DNA of 63,852 nt, filler included, from Hausera hauseri (Eukaryota), in assembly GCA_046269625.1 (NCBI GenBank). It is 12 parts of 12 records of this genome, joined end to end, with 100 filler letters (N's around TTAATTAATTAA, not from the genome) between each part and the next. Parts side by side here need not be neighbours in the genome. Positions count along the whole stretch, not along the records: positions 39,135 to 43,398 come from JBJURY010669440.1; positions 43,499 to 48,687 come from JBJURY010312498.1; positions 48,788 to 53,595 come from JBJURY010428252.1; 9 more parts are not named here. One strand, written 5' to 3'. The position numbers and the translations under genes were made by a program. Of the stretch, positions 40,221-52,840 are shown in pieces. A model generated the notes under the pieces. That model was not told where the DNA came from. It searched no databases and was given only the letters and a program-made list of their open reading frames with translations. Positions within the stretch are counted from its first letter, which is position 1. The number at the start of each line of letters is the position of its first letter.

Positions 40221-42100
40221 AAAATAGATCAAGATCTCGCTATTGGTTCTGCTGTCTTTCTTGTTCGCGTGATGGAAAATTTTCTGTTTATCTCTGGACT
40301 GCCGATTCTTGTATTGTTATTTGAATCAGGCTACTGATCCATCCAACTGTACATTTTAACCATCCTTCTACATTAGCTTTTAATGATCTTATGGCTATTT
40401 CTATATTTCTCTATATCTCCTTTTGGTTTGGATTTATACCATTCATCACCATTACTTTATACAGGGGGTACGATACAGTCGTTACAATTTTACTTCTAAA
40501 TATATTCGTTCCTATCATTCTGGAAAGTATACCTCTTCCTGGTAACTTGTTTATTTTCTCATCCGTATGAATATCTGCAAACTGCTCACTAATTTTTGCT
40601 ATTTCATTCCCAATGATCTGCATTAGTGAGTCTGGTATTTGCAAATTTGTATTGAACTAAATGAATGCATTGTGCATTCTTACTAATAAGGTTTTCAGCA
40701 TTGTTATCAATGAGACATTACTTGCATCATGATCGCCTTCAGTTGTTAGCAATCTTCGGACAACTTCATCACCTCTTGCTTTTCTGCCTTTCAATTTATG
40801 CAGCTTTGCCGTTCATTTATGTCCATCTCGATTCCTTTTATCGATCTGAATCTGTTCTGATATAGGAATATTTGCTTAAATTCCTGTTTGTTGAACTTCA
40901 TAATTTACTTCAGTTCTTGCATACCTTTCTGTCTGACTTCAATGAAAATTTCTTCTAATATTTGTTGTTCGGTTTATCTAAAAGACATGTAAATCGGATT
41001 ATATCTTTTTCCCACATACCTACTTTGTACATGGTTTCATAATCTCCCAACATCCGTCCGCGGAAAGTAAACATGAATTACTTCATTAATATTGTTTCAG
41101 TGCAGCTATTATATCGAACGACTTCAGTCTCAAAGCATGAAAATATTGATTATATTGTTGAAGGGTAACCACTACTATGGTTTTCACTAACCATTCTTAT
41201 TCTATCTGTGTTTCAATAAATTATATATCGTACAGAATTTTGGTGTGAACTCTTGTTAGCAGCGTATATTAACAACAGGTCCAATAAATTTGGAAACTGT
41301 TGATGTCTAACTGTAGGTAATAACAACATTTTGAGATCCTATCTGAATTGAGTGCCTTCATTTAATTCTTGATTTGCGGAAATCGTCATTTTTCATACTA
41401 TTTCTATGCCATCTTGGTCCAAATCTATAGGTGAAGTTTTCAACTGTTGAGGTAATTCTTTCACTTTCTTATTCTTTTTAGCTTCTCGACTTGGGCACTT
41501 TTTTCACTACCTGAGGAAGGAGATGACTCAGGAGTTCCTAATTCCTCTTCGTATATAAGAGGTTTGTTTTTTCTTTTAATCTTTTCATTTCGACATCTGA
41601 TTCTGATGCAGGGTTCCTTTTAGGCCTGTATACCAGAGCGATGATTGAATTATTATTATTCATTTTGTGCCACTCTTCGCAAATTTATTGCTCTTTTAAC
41701 TCTATATATAGCTGCTTTAGCTACTTTATACTCATAATCTTTTATCATATTTGTTTTACTTTCCTTCAGCTTAGCTCTAATCTTTTCTTGGAGCTTTTCT
41801 ATTGCATCTCTGAATCTGTATTTATAATTTCGTGCTCATTATCTGTATCGGATATATTACCAATTATATCAACACTTTTCTTTTTCAAGCTTGACTGTCC
41901 TTGACTGGACCAGGAACGCGCCATGTATCTTACAGGCAAAGCATAGTGGTTGTCATCCTGATTAACCATGGCTTCTCCATTGTGGACTTTTGAGTTTGAC
42001 TCTGAAAAGTAACATTCTTCTGCTGTCGCTGAGGCTGATTCTGCAATTTTTGAACTGGCGTTTTAAAATATTTCTTTTGGTGAAAATTTTTCACTTTCTT
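40220..42100 (-). pseudogene. Degenerate ORF1 of element D (gag position; identity unresolved)
   Basis: Purine-rich coding-like strand with scattered stops between the PBS and env. Charged N-terminal part; no CCHC knuckle seen. Confidence 0.5.
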
Positions 42101-42269
42101 GTCATCATTTTTAGGAGGTTTTTTGCATTCTCAAGCCTTTCGTAATTAACTTCTATATTTCTGGCTTCACTAACAGCTTTTTGTCAGTGTCAGGGTCAGT
42201 AACGATAATTTAATTTTAGATTTCTTTTTTAGGAATCTGTACCTTAAAGCAGGCCTTGACTCGATCCCA

Positions 42270-43080
42270 TAACCTCGTGGCGCCAAACAATAAAACAACA
42301 CGGAGACAACAAAATAAATGAATAAAACCGGATAATTGTTGGAACATTTATTTTGATAACAATCGCCATCCGCGGAGGCATACGACTCCTCGGTAGTGGA
42401 ACGAGACGATCCGAACCTGCGAAGTCGACGTGGACGGGCTCGAATGTCGTCCGAGCTGGAGCTTGACGTCCGTGTCCGCGATGCTTCGATGGTTCGGCGG
42501 CATGGTATTAACTGACTCTCCGAGGGAGCCAATAATTCGTAAAGGCAATCGCTTGTCGCCATCAGTCTAAGGAAGACTGGCAGGAAAACCGACGAGTCAA
42601 AAAGGCGTTAATTTTCCCCGTCCTCGTAGAACCGATGAAGCGTGTTCGTCGGTAAGGCGTAGGGGTCGTATTGCCCTAGACGGGTCAAGTGCCGTACGAA
42701 ACGGCTCCGTTGTAGGAGCTCCCGTACCGTTAGAAAGTCCAAATAAGACCGGTACGGGGCTCGCCTGTTTGTACCGCGACGGCGTTTTCCGCTGGAGACC
42801 GTATTCCGTTTGGTGATGTGTCGCCGTGCATCTGGTCGACCCTGGTCCGGTGAAGCGGTGCGGCTGTCGGCGTTATTGTCCGCCTTGGCATGTACCGGTC
42901 GGGGTATCTTGAGAATGCGATACCCCGTAATCGGCATAGTCTTTCTGCACTGAGGGTGGTTTTCGGTTGCGTTGCTGTGTCGGCCGGAATGGCCTTTGTA
43001 TCGTTCCGGGCGATTGGGTCGCCGGGTTTTGTCGTTTGGCTGAGCTTAATTGGGGGATTTTTTTTCCAAAAGGCATCTCT
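42270..43080 (-). mobile_element. Putative 5' LTR and primer-binding site of element D
   Basis: GC-rich non-coding block. The minus strand shows AATAAA near 42350, then a GT-rich tract, then TGGCGCCACGAGG (about 42273-42285). The outer LTR boundary is uncertain. Confidence 0.6.
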
Positions 43081-43189
43081 GTGGCATTTATCTACCAAAC
43101 ATTGTTCATATTTCAAAGAGTCAGGGTTTAAGAAAGTGAAAATAATCAACACCATCTTGTCTTGGATTTACTGAAAAAAGTGAACAAAC

Positions 43190-43398
43190 TATCAATGTTT
43201 CCATGTTTTTTCCCTCTAGGCAATGAGAGATCAATTCTGGGCATTTCAAATTTGTCAGCTTTGACTTTTGGACCTTGAAAATGTACGTTTCCTTCTGGAA
43301 TTTTAACGCTGGGTAAGTCGATGTCTACAGAGGGAACATTGAATCCAGCCATTTTACCTTCACCATCAAAAGCAACGTCAGCTTCCAGTGTTCCTTGT
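43190..43398 (-). CDS. AHNAK-family repeat fragment (vertebrate-type)
   Basis: FNVPSVDIDLPSVKIPEGNVHFQGPKVKADKFEMPRIDLSLP is a typical AHNAK/periaxin repeat. Confidence 0.8.
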
Positions 43399-43498
43399 NN
43401 NNNNNNNNNNNNNNNNNNNNNNNNNNNNNNNNNNNNNNNNNNTTAATTAATTAANNNNNNNNNNNNNNNNNNNNNNNNNNNNNNNNNNNNNNNNNNNN

Positions 43499-44180
43499 GC
43501 TTTGTCCAATGAAATGTCAACAATATCCTTAGCCAGTTCAAATTTAATGTACCCATTTGCATCTGACTCGAAAACATTAAAATATCGCTTTGAACTTTTG
43601 ATTTGAAAAATGTTAACAGAGCTGTGCTGCAGATTCACAATAGACATTGTCGCCAATTGATACGTATGACGTTGACACCCTGCCTGTTGTATAGGTAAAT
43701 TTCACCGTTGTCTGGTAATGTACGGGACTTAATCTTGGACCAACTATATTTTTACTTTTAATATTTGTACCTTTGTACTGTGTATTTGTGAATCCAAATT
43801 TCTGTGCCATCTCAGAGGACTCAAAGGTAACAGTAAATTTTAAATCTGACATAAAATGTAATTACTCCCCTAAAATAAGAACACCGATCTTGCCGAATAT
43901 ACCGTAATTTGCTTTGGTCGTGAAAAAGCCCGATTCTACAACTGTTATTTTATTGTTAGTAAGTGTTTTGGTTTCAGTAACAGTCTTGTTGTACGTTATT
44001 TTCATACTACCTTTCAATGTCACTGGTGCGTAGGGGAAGTTAAATTCTGTCAGTGCAACCTCCCATTGTGCAGCAGATAAATCCAAAGGATTGTTCCAAT
44101 CTACAAAGTAATCACTAGCGGAATTGTTCGGACGAGTCGTAGGATAACTGTTGCTCAGCAACACCATGTAAATACTCATG
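43499..44180 (-). pseudogene. Polinton-type minor capsid (penton)-like gene 2, cut by the contig end
   Basis: MSIYMVLLSNSYPTTRPNNSASDYFVDWNNPLDLSAAQWEVALTEFNFP fits the Y.xL.SN...P.N...F...L....WEVAL.E penton N-terminus. Confidence 0.8.
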
Positions 44181-44609
44181 ATCTTGATGATAATGGTGAT
44201 AATGATTGATATGGTTATAACAACTAAAATCAGAATCGTAAAAACTGTATTTCCCATTCAAACATTTGTAATTATAGGTCAACTTCAGGGGAGTTGTTGT
44301 GCGTTAGTTATGAGGCAATCTTGAACAATCATTCATACGTAAATCCAATCAATCCTATCAGACTACCACTCAATAAAGTTATGCAAACATTATTACATCA
44401 CATACTTTCAAACACACGTTTTCAATATACGACATGCATACATACATTTCCACTCAATAAAGTTACGCAAGCATTATTATATAACATACTTCCAATATAC
44501 TCCAAGCATACTTACTTCTTTCCACAGCTATTCAACTTATTATAACAATTCCCATTGCATCTCCCTAATAATAATAATGATGCAGTTTGTTTATTATCGA
44601 TGTTGACGA

Positions 44610-45650
44610 CATCGAAAATGTAACGTCAAATGTGTCGTTGACCCGCACAAGAATTTAATGGGTTCCCAAAATTTATCAAACATATACACGAAATACTGTG
44701 CATAATATTGTGAGACAATAATAAGTACATGGGTCTGAACATAATAGCGCGAACAGTTTCACCAGATGTTTTGTACGTGTCAAAATCTAGTTCGATAGAA
44801 GCCAGCAGTTGTTTACGTTCTCCGCCAATGAGTACGGATTCGGTTAAGTCCGTTAAAATGTTGATTCTATGAAATGCTCCATAGAGTTATGGTTTGTATT
44901 TGGCAACAATAGATCGTCCAACAATGTTTTTTATAGAATTCACGTTGTGAAAAACCCAGATTTTAAGCCAATAATTCATCAAAGGCAAAATATGTAACAT
45001 TTTCATGGAGTGTAATCGAAATATGACCATCTGAGTTTATTTCGCATGTCCTCCCGGCTAATGTAGCCGTTTTCTTGAAGTACTCGCGCTATTCCACTTT
45101 CGTTTCCATTAATAAATAGTGTGGTATAATATATGAGCGAAAGACTGATTCTGACTTAGTCCACTTTACTATAATATCGGATTCCGCATTGGAAAGGCCC
45201 AATTTTTCACCAATTATAACATGCCCACCTAGCCGTAAACGTTTTGAGTGTACATTGACTGATTGAAAACCCCATGCCTCAGCATCAGCTATAGAATTAA
45301 ACTGCATTTCAATGGGATTTCGATGAATTAGTTTCATACGGTAGTTTGAAAAATAAGCATAAACCGAGAAATTTTCTCGCGAATAATTGCGAATAGTATG
45401 TCAGTTATTGTGTCGGATTGTCCGCAAATGACTTGAAATAGGGTACGTTTCATGTCGGGTAAAGTAAATACCACTGTTCTGACGTTTTGTCATTGGTGAA
45501 AATGTAAATATGAATTCCATGCTCCGTGGCGTAAATCGACCGGTTGGTTTAAGTGCATGGTAAACTGTTTAGCGGTATTGTCATTGTCGTCATGTAGTGA
45601 TAATGATCTGTTACTATCAAGTACCAAGTAAATGCTGCTGCTACTCATTG
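44610..45650 (-). pseudogene. Polinton-type minor capsid (penton)-like gene 1
   Basis: N-terminus IYLVLDSN...NTAKQFTMHLNQPVDLRHGAW; C-terminal DLTESVLIGGERKQLLASI...RPMYLLL...ISCICLINFGNP. Confidence 0.72.
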
Positions 45651-46680
45651 AATCTGTGATGCAAAAATCCAACTCGGTGCAGTGTATCCGTGGTGCTTGA
45701 CGAGATATTGTTATTAGAACCTTTGCCACGTGAACGTAGAATTTTCTGAATACGATACATATCAAGTTTTTCCGGTAGTAGCTGCAGTTCTTGTTCGTAG
45801 AATTTACCGCGTATTTCCTCACCGTTTTCATCATCTAAAAAGGTCATGACAGGTGTTTGTCCTGTGTTGATTGCCGAAATGCGGAAAACCTCGTCTCTTT
45901 AGTTCTGATTGAAATTCTTAATGAGTGGCGTCCTACTTATTTTCGAAATACGTACGCTAGCACCGATTTTATATATTTGGCGTTTAGTTGCCTCTCGTGT
46001 TCGATTTTGATAAAGCATATCTCCAAATCATCGATTACGTCAACCGGGTGCATTTCGTTGATTCCATGATGTGTCGAGTGATTGTATGCATGAATAATAT
46101 CCGGCAGTACGTCTGTCCAGCGTTTGTTGCCTTGCTTCGTAAAGAATTTGTTTATGCGACCGCGCAATCTTCGATTAAATTGTTCAACGAGTGCAGCCTT
46201 GTATTGGGAAAACCGTGTAGTTGTTTACGTCGAACAGTTTCAAGACCGCTGCAACGTCGGCGTTGTAGAATTCCTTACCCAAATCCGTTTGTAAATGCTT
46301 TGGGTGTTGTTGTATCAGTGTCTGAACAGCGTCGGCAATCTCTTTACGGGATTTAGATTTCACGGCAATGGCACGTGCAAAACGACTAAACACATCAATA
46401 TATGTCATCACGTACCAATACCCATCGTTGATGCTAGCGTACGGAATCATTCCATCAGATCCATTTGCCATACATTATTGACACCGGCAGCACGGTATTC
46501 ACGAGTTGGAAACCGCCTTCTTATTGGTTTGTTTAGGCTGTATGCTAACTGTTTCACGAGCCAACGTTTGATCTGTTGCCGAATCTGTTTGACAGTCTGC
46601 CAGTTTGTCGACGCCAGTATACTTGACAGGATGACGCGGATCGAACCACACCTCTCCCATCGTTGGTGCCGATGATGTCG
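45641..46680 (-). pseudogene. Polinton retroviral-like (rve) integrase with a C-terminal chromodomain-like start
   Basis: NDGYWYVMTYIDVFSRFA, HLQTDLGKEFYN, RWTDVLPDIIHAYNHSTH, GEEIRGKFYEQELQ, YRIQKILRSRG; frameshifted. Confidence 0.92.
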
Positions 46681-46804
46681 TTTTTGTTAGCATTACAATA
46701 ATTTGAACGAAACGTAAATGAAAGATTCGGTAAACTGGGACAGAAGGATGAAAACCATACACCCATAGCGCCGAATTATCATATACTTACCGTCATTGTT
46801 TATA

Positions 46805-47128
46805 CTAAACTGTACCACCAATGAGTCCACCCAGTAATGACGTGACAATCGGTAGAATTGCATCAAGGAATTCTCCGTCTTGCTGGTACATGACCTCTCG
46901 TTTCAGTCGTTTACTACGGGCCTTGGCAAGGCCAATGAGTCGTTTTCGATACTTTAGTAAATTCCGCTTTTCACTACCAATGTCAACGTGACCCACAACG
47001 ATATTGTACAAAATTTCCATAAAATCGTCTACTGCAAATTGTGGGAATGATTGCAGCATGTTTCGCTTATGTCTCGTAAGTGCCTTGGGCAAAGCAATAA
47101 AGTACATATGACTACATTTGAATCGCAT
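46805..47128 (-). CDS. Small basic Polinton/adintovirus-type virion protein with a C-terminal amphipathic helix
   Basis: EILYNIVVGHV...LLKYRKRLIGLA...KREVMYQQDGEFLDAILPIVTSLLGG resembles the QxGGFL..IL pattern of these proteins. Confidence 0.6.
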   Translation of the reverse strand: MRFKCSHMYFIALPKALTRHKRNMLQSFPQFAVDDFMEILYNIVVGHVDIGSEKRNLLKYRKRLIGLAKARSKRLKREVMYQQDGEFLDAILPIVTSLLGGLIGGTV

Positions 47129-47379
47129 TTTTGGACGTATTGATATTGATGAGACGTAGTTGTTTATAACCGTTGCCACTGTGACGGTAATTTGCGTCTG
47201 GTTTCTGCTGCTCTTGTTCGAAGCATAGAATTGATTAGTCGCTTGACTATATCGCATCATTTTGATACACGTTTTTTGCCGAGCACCCGCTGGGTAGGTT
47301 TACGTTTAACAATTGTTTTTCTAAAATTCTTTATTTTATCGCTATCGTGTCGATATTTGAATTTGTTTATAGCCATACA

Positions 47380-48401
47380 CATTTCTGATTGAATGGATTT
47401 CAATATCATCGGCATCCAGCTTTCATTGAAATACAATTCGGAAAAATATTTCTGATACTATTTTGGACTAGATGCACTATGTCTGTCCACTTCGTCATAT
47501 TTTAGTTCCGTCGGAATACTGTAAAGAAAACTGTATTCATCGTTAGTATTTTTTACATTCACTACCGCCAGAGACTACTTCAGAGCTGCATGTGTCGGTA
47601 TGAATGATCGTCCAGACAAATACATTATGTCATTCGACTTTGTTACGATAAAGCCGAGGGTGACAGTTCGTATAATTCGACATCCACTATCCTTTTCGGT
47701 GTCGTTGGCGATTTTCTCGAGCTTTTCGCCTACGTCGGTACTAAAATCATTGGTATATGGTACAGCTTGATGTGACAGGTCCCATTGCTTCCTGTCACTT
47801 TCAACGCTTTCAAATTTTGAAAGGGCATAATATTGCACTTTGCAGTTTTTATGTTGGAATTTGTCTACTTCTGATTCGAAAGGGTTGCGCACATTTTGCG
47901 GAACATGTCTCAATTCCGTTGTTGTTGCTGTTTACACCGACATGTTCGATCTGTTCAGATCGTACTCGACATTAATATCGGGTTCCTGTTGTATCTGTTC
48001 CTCTTGCTGTTGCTGCTCCTACTTATCCTGTTGTTGTTCTACTTCTTGCAGCTCAGTACTGGTTCTGATGTATTTATCCAGACTTGTTGATGTCATGCGT
48101 TTCCTACCGGTTGTTGTTGTTGTTGAAGGGATGCTGCTGCTGTTGATTTTTGTTTTTTCGACCACCGCTGAAACTGTTTTAAGTTATCCTGGTGCTCATT
48201 GTAAAATTGTTCATAGTTGATTTCATCAACTATTGAACAAACGGGACAAATACAAGCCCGTTTATCGTGCACCGTTGTGGCGCCATAGTATTGCTCCATT
48301 GCACTATGGCAACCATCAACGTCGTGCACTGTACATTTATAGTACTGTAGTAGGGGGAATGGAGGACATGAGGCCAATATAAATTTCCTATCTCGAGACA
48401 C
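47380..48401 (-). pseudogene. Truncated N-terminal part of a third protein-primed PolB
   Basis: DSGCRII...LSGRSFIPTHAALK*SLAVVNVKNTNDEYSFLYSI aligns with SGWSL...RGSSFIPLPDWIENTKSCVNVQNYYDNQCFKYAI of ORF 1643. Its N-terminal Cys/His domain also matches. Confidence 0.7.
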
Positions 48402-48787
48402 CCTCCCGACTCAGGATTGGAAATTAATATTCAGAAATCAATGTTTTCATATGGGGAAAATTTGGAAATCAATATATTTTATGATATTGATTGGCCTTAT
48501 CGTGGTTTCACTATTCCCACCCCATAAAAATCAATATTTTATATGGTAAATTTTGGCATGATCGTCGTTAGTATGGGGAAAATGGCGGTTCTGCCCTACT
48601 CCTGGGGAGGATGGGTAATCGATAAATCGATTTTGCACATGTGCCGATCGATAGTGCACACTGTGCACAATCGATCCACAAAGTGCCNNNNNNNNNNNNN
48701 NNNNNNNNNNNNNNNNNNNNNNNNNNNNNNNTTAATTAATTAANNNNNNNNNNNNNNNNNNNNNNNNNNNNNNNNNNNNNNNNNNNN

Positions 48788-51700
48788 ACAGAGTAATCCA
48801 TTATTATACTGGGTCAGTGGCACCACTCTATTCTTCTTTGTAATTACAAGTGCAGGTACATTTTGATGAATGTAGTATAGGAATCCATCTTTCTCTTCGT
48901 ACGCATCGCAAAATCTGATAAAATTACGACTTAATTTGCTATCCTTTGGTATAATTTTGTTTTGTATATAATTTCTAATGCTTTTATTTCTTCATCTTCT
49001 CGTTGACTTTTTTTAGTATCTCTATGGATCCATTCATACTCCGTACAGCTGCAATTGCCTCTTTCTTTTCTACCTCTTTTTGCGGCATTCTTGATAAATA
49101 ATCCGCGTTCGAATTTTGTGTGACGGTCTTGTACTGAAAATCTAACGTATAAGGTTGAAGTTTTAAAGCCCATCGTAGTAGTCTATTATTGGGATTCTCA
49201 TGTTTCTTTAGCCATTGCAGTGGTCGATAATCTGTACAGATTACCAGCAGTTTATTCTCACTGATATACGGTGAGAATGCTTCAAAGACGAATATTACTG
49301 CTAGCAGTTCTTTTTCAATAACGGCATATTCCTTTTGATGTTTGTTTAATTTTCTCAACGCATAAGCAACTGTATGTTCTTTGCCATCTTCGCCCTTTTG
49401 TGATAATACCGCTCCTACTCCACAATCACTTTCATTCGTTGCCAATATGAATGGTTTGGTCATATCTGGGTAAATCAGAATAGAGGCGTTCTTTCAGGAC
49501 TTCGAAAGCCTTTTTGCAATTACTTATCCATGTTACCTTCTCTAAATCTTCACGTAATAATCCATATAGTGATTTGGCTATTTTACTAAAATTCTTTATA
49601 AATCTTCGATAATAGTTTGTGAGTCCTAAAAATCTGCGTAATTCATTAACATTAGTTGGTTTTGGGAAATCTTTAATTTTATTCAATAGTCTACCCTGGA
49701 ACTTTTCACCACATCTATCGACTCGATGTCCAAGAAAATCAACTTCGGTTTGGGCAAATGAACATTTCTTCGGGTTTACTTTTAAACCCATTACTTCGCA
49801 TCTATCAAAAAGGTATTGTAAGTCCTTCAAATACTGTTGGAAATCCGATGACGCTATGATTACGTTATCGATATATACCATAGCATGTGGTGCGTCTAGA
49901 AGTAATAATTCTGTTCCTCTTTGAAAAGTCGGGGGCTCATTATTTAATCCAAATTGCATTCTATTGAATTCCCATAACTCTTCGCCTATAGAAAAGGCCG
50001 TTTTCGGCTTAGCCTCTTCCTTTACTTCTACTTGCCAATATCCTTTCTGTACATCAATTTTAGTGAATATGGTTGAGCCATGCAACTTATCAAATATTTC
50101 GACAATCTTTGGTAATGGGTACGTGTCTGTTTCCGTTATTTCGTTTAATGCTCTATAATCTATACAGAATCTCATAGCTTCATCTTTTTTACCATCAATA
50201 CTGTAGCCGTCCATGGGAAGCAGCTGGGTCGTATTATTTTGTTTTTCCTCATATCATTTATAATCTTAGGAGATTCTTCCTTTTTGTCGTATTCCAATCT
50301 GTATGGTCGTTTCTTAATAGGTTTGTTTTGACCCTTCGTCAATTTGATCGCATGTTGTATTACGTTCATCGTTCCTAAATCATAATCATTCCGAGTGAAT
50401 CAGTTATTGTTTTTCTCTAACAGTTGGCTGTGCATTCTTCTTTCTTCATTAGATATATTACAATTTTGTAATTTTTCTTCCCAATTAAAGCTGGTAATTT
50501 CCTTCTCTCTGTTTTCATTTAGTTTTCCTTTTGGTTTCTTCGTCATAAGTTTCTCGATTTCCTCTACTTCTGACATTACTGAATTAATTGCTTCTTTTGG
50601 TACTTCTTAAACATCTGTTGCCTGCCCAAGTCTCATATTCTTTTTTATCCGCTTTTCTATTGCTCTCGTATTACAAATCCTCAAATAAATTTTTCCGTTC
50701 CTTATCCTATATGTGTGTGGTGCGACAAGGATATTATGCTTCTCCATTATTTGTGGAAACGGTTCAAAGTGCACACAGCTTGTCAGTGATCTGTACTCTA
50801 TTTTACCAGGCACTACTATCTCTGAACGTGGCAGAATTATAACATCTTTAATTAGTGAAACTGATCCTTCATATCGATCTTCAAACCTTCTTAGTTGTCC
50901 AGTTTTGACATCTATATACACATTATCCAATTGACACAATACATCACATCTGATTAGTATTTTGTTTGTTAAGTTTTTGGCCACTCTTATGGTATGGTTT
51001 ATTATTTGGCCACAGATTTTAATTTTTGCATCTAAAACTGTCTTTATCTCTACCTCCATACCAAATGCTCCCACATTAATCAATGTTTCTTCTGGTTTTC
51101 GCAATCTACTCACCAACTCCTTGGGTAATTGACTCTTCCCCATTATAGTAATAGTGAATTTCGTATCTATTAGGGCCTTTAATGGGTGTCCATCTACTTT
51201 AATGTCGATCTCAGGTCTTGTTGCTGACTGGGACCCGTTCTTACTACTCGTTTTGCACGTAGGTTTACGATTATATGATGTGGTATTCCCTTCATAATCC
51301 TGTTTCAAGCGTAGTACTCGATACGTGGGGTACATTCCTCCATGTTTCACATATTGAGGAGCTGATGGACTTAACATTTGTTCGTTATATATTTGTCCGT
51401 GATATTCATCTGCAGGATTTAACTGAGGTAAATCAGTAACCAGTTTTCGTCTATACTTCTGTCTTCGTGATTTTAATGAAAATCGTCTAAGTTTTATTAC
51501 ATATCTACCACTTCTGAATTTGATATTCAAATCATTTTCGTCCTCGTCATTTTTACTGTTTAGAGTACTATATGGCGAATTCTTCTCGATATTGTTATTT
51601 CTTTCTTTAAGTATTTTCCTTTTCCATCTTGCGTCATGATTTGCTAGGAAACAACTAGCAACTGCTGGTATTACCGCCATGAGGACTTTGCATGAGCATC

Positions 51701-52840
51701 CTACTGCTGCATGTATTCCGTAAGCTTTACCAAGTGCAGTGAATATCGTCCGTAGGGCACTGATGATGAAATATATTGCTAAAAATCCTGAAGCAGCCTG
51801 ACCAAAATGCAGGAATTTTCCCCACATCTTTTCCATAACATTTCTGGTGACTTTCTTCAAATAATCTCTTCCCATTAAATTTTCCCATTGTGGTGAACCT
51901 ACTCCATCTCACATCAGTCTTCTTGTTAACTCCGTTATTACTCGTTGTCTCTGCTGGGGAAACAGTAACATTCGTCGGTAGTCTTCTAAATTCTGCTGTG
52001 TATAAATTCCTCCTTGTGATATGCTGGTACGTGGTTCAAATTTCTGATTTCTTTGTCATTTAATTATACTTAACGTTTCTGGTTTTGCTACCGGTTCTCT
52101 TTTCGTCATTCTAATCCATTTATAGTCCAACTTATACATCGATGACATTGAAAGTAAATTATCCAATTGGGTTGGTCTTGTGTTAGCGTCTAATAATATT
52201 ATTGTTACTGGCATCACGTATCAAGGTAATTCCAAAATACATTCCTCCATAGGTCTAATAGCTACTTCTACCTTTTTACACTCAATAGTTATCAAAACTT
52301 CGCCCATTACTCTTCCAATCACCCCATCGCCAAATGGCATGATTGAAGATACCATGTCGGAATTGGTTATTACTAATGCCATCTCATTCCGTATTATTTG
52401 ATAATTCAGTTGGCATTCGTTCAGTATAATTTCTCTGCATAGACTTCTGATCTCTTTCCTGACGTAGTTGATTAAAAAGTCGATTTTATTACCAAAGTAT
52501 TGCATAAAATTTATATCCTTCTTATCTATTTTGGTTTTAGCTTGGGCTACTTCCTTAGACGAAAGGTATATGTCTTTGTAATTAGTTTTGGATATTTCTT
52601 CATTACACTTATTAATCGCTCCAATGATTTTAAATTGCATTATTTCTTCGGTATTTTCTTAATATACTACCGTTGCTACTTCCATCATCTTTACTTCATT
52701 AACTCTTTCCTTATATGTTGTCGAATCTCTTCCGGCCGTTTTTCCTACCTTCTTATTAAATTTTCCTTCCTTTAATAACGTAAGATGGTATTGATTCGAA
52801 CTAACGTCCCATGTCATTTTAGATTCTGTAGTATCACATT
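48788..52840 (-). mobile_element. Gypsy-type element C: env, linker, PR, RT, RNase H
   Basis: Env GVIGRVMGEVLITIECKKVEVAIRPMEECILELP and SQGGIYTQQNLEDYRRMLLFP. ORF 50607-51875 joins TM WGKFLHFGQAASGFLAIYFII to PR ALIDTKFTIT. RT RFCIDYRALN, YIDN; RNase H TNESDCGVGAVLSQ, TDYRPL. Confidence 0.92.

Noticed and set aside
42170-43174. Overlapping Arg/Pro-rich ORFs
   Set aside because: Expected by chance in a GC-rich LTR-like block.
50610-50870. Beta-rich domain between PR and RT as a novel insertion
   Set aside because: Similar PR-RT spacer domains are common in Gypsy pol proteins.
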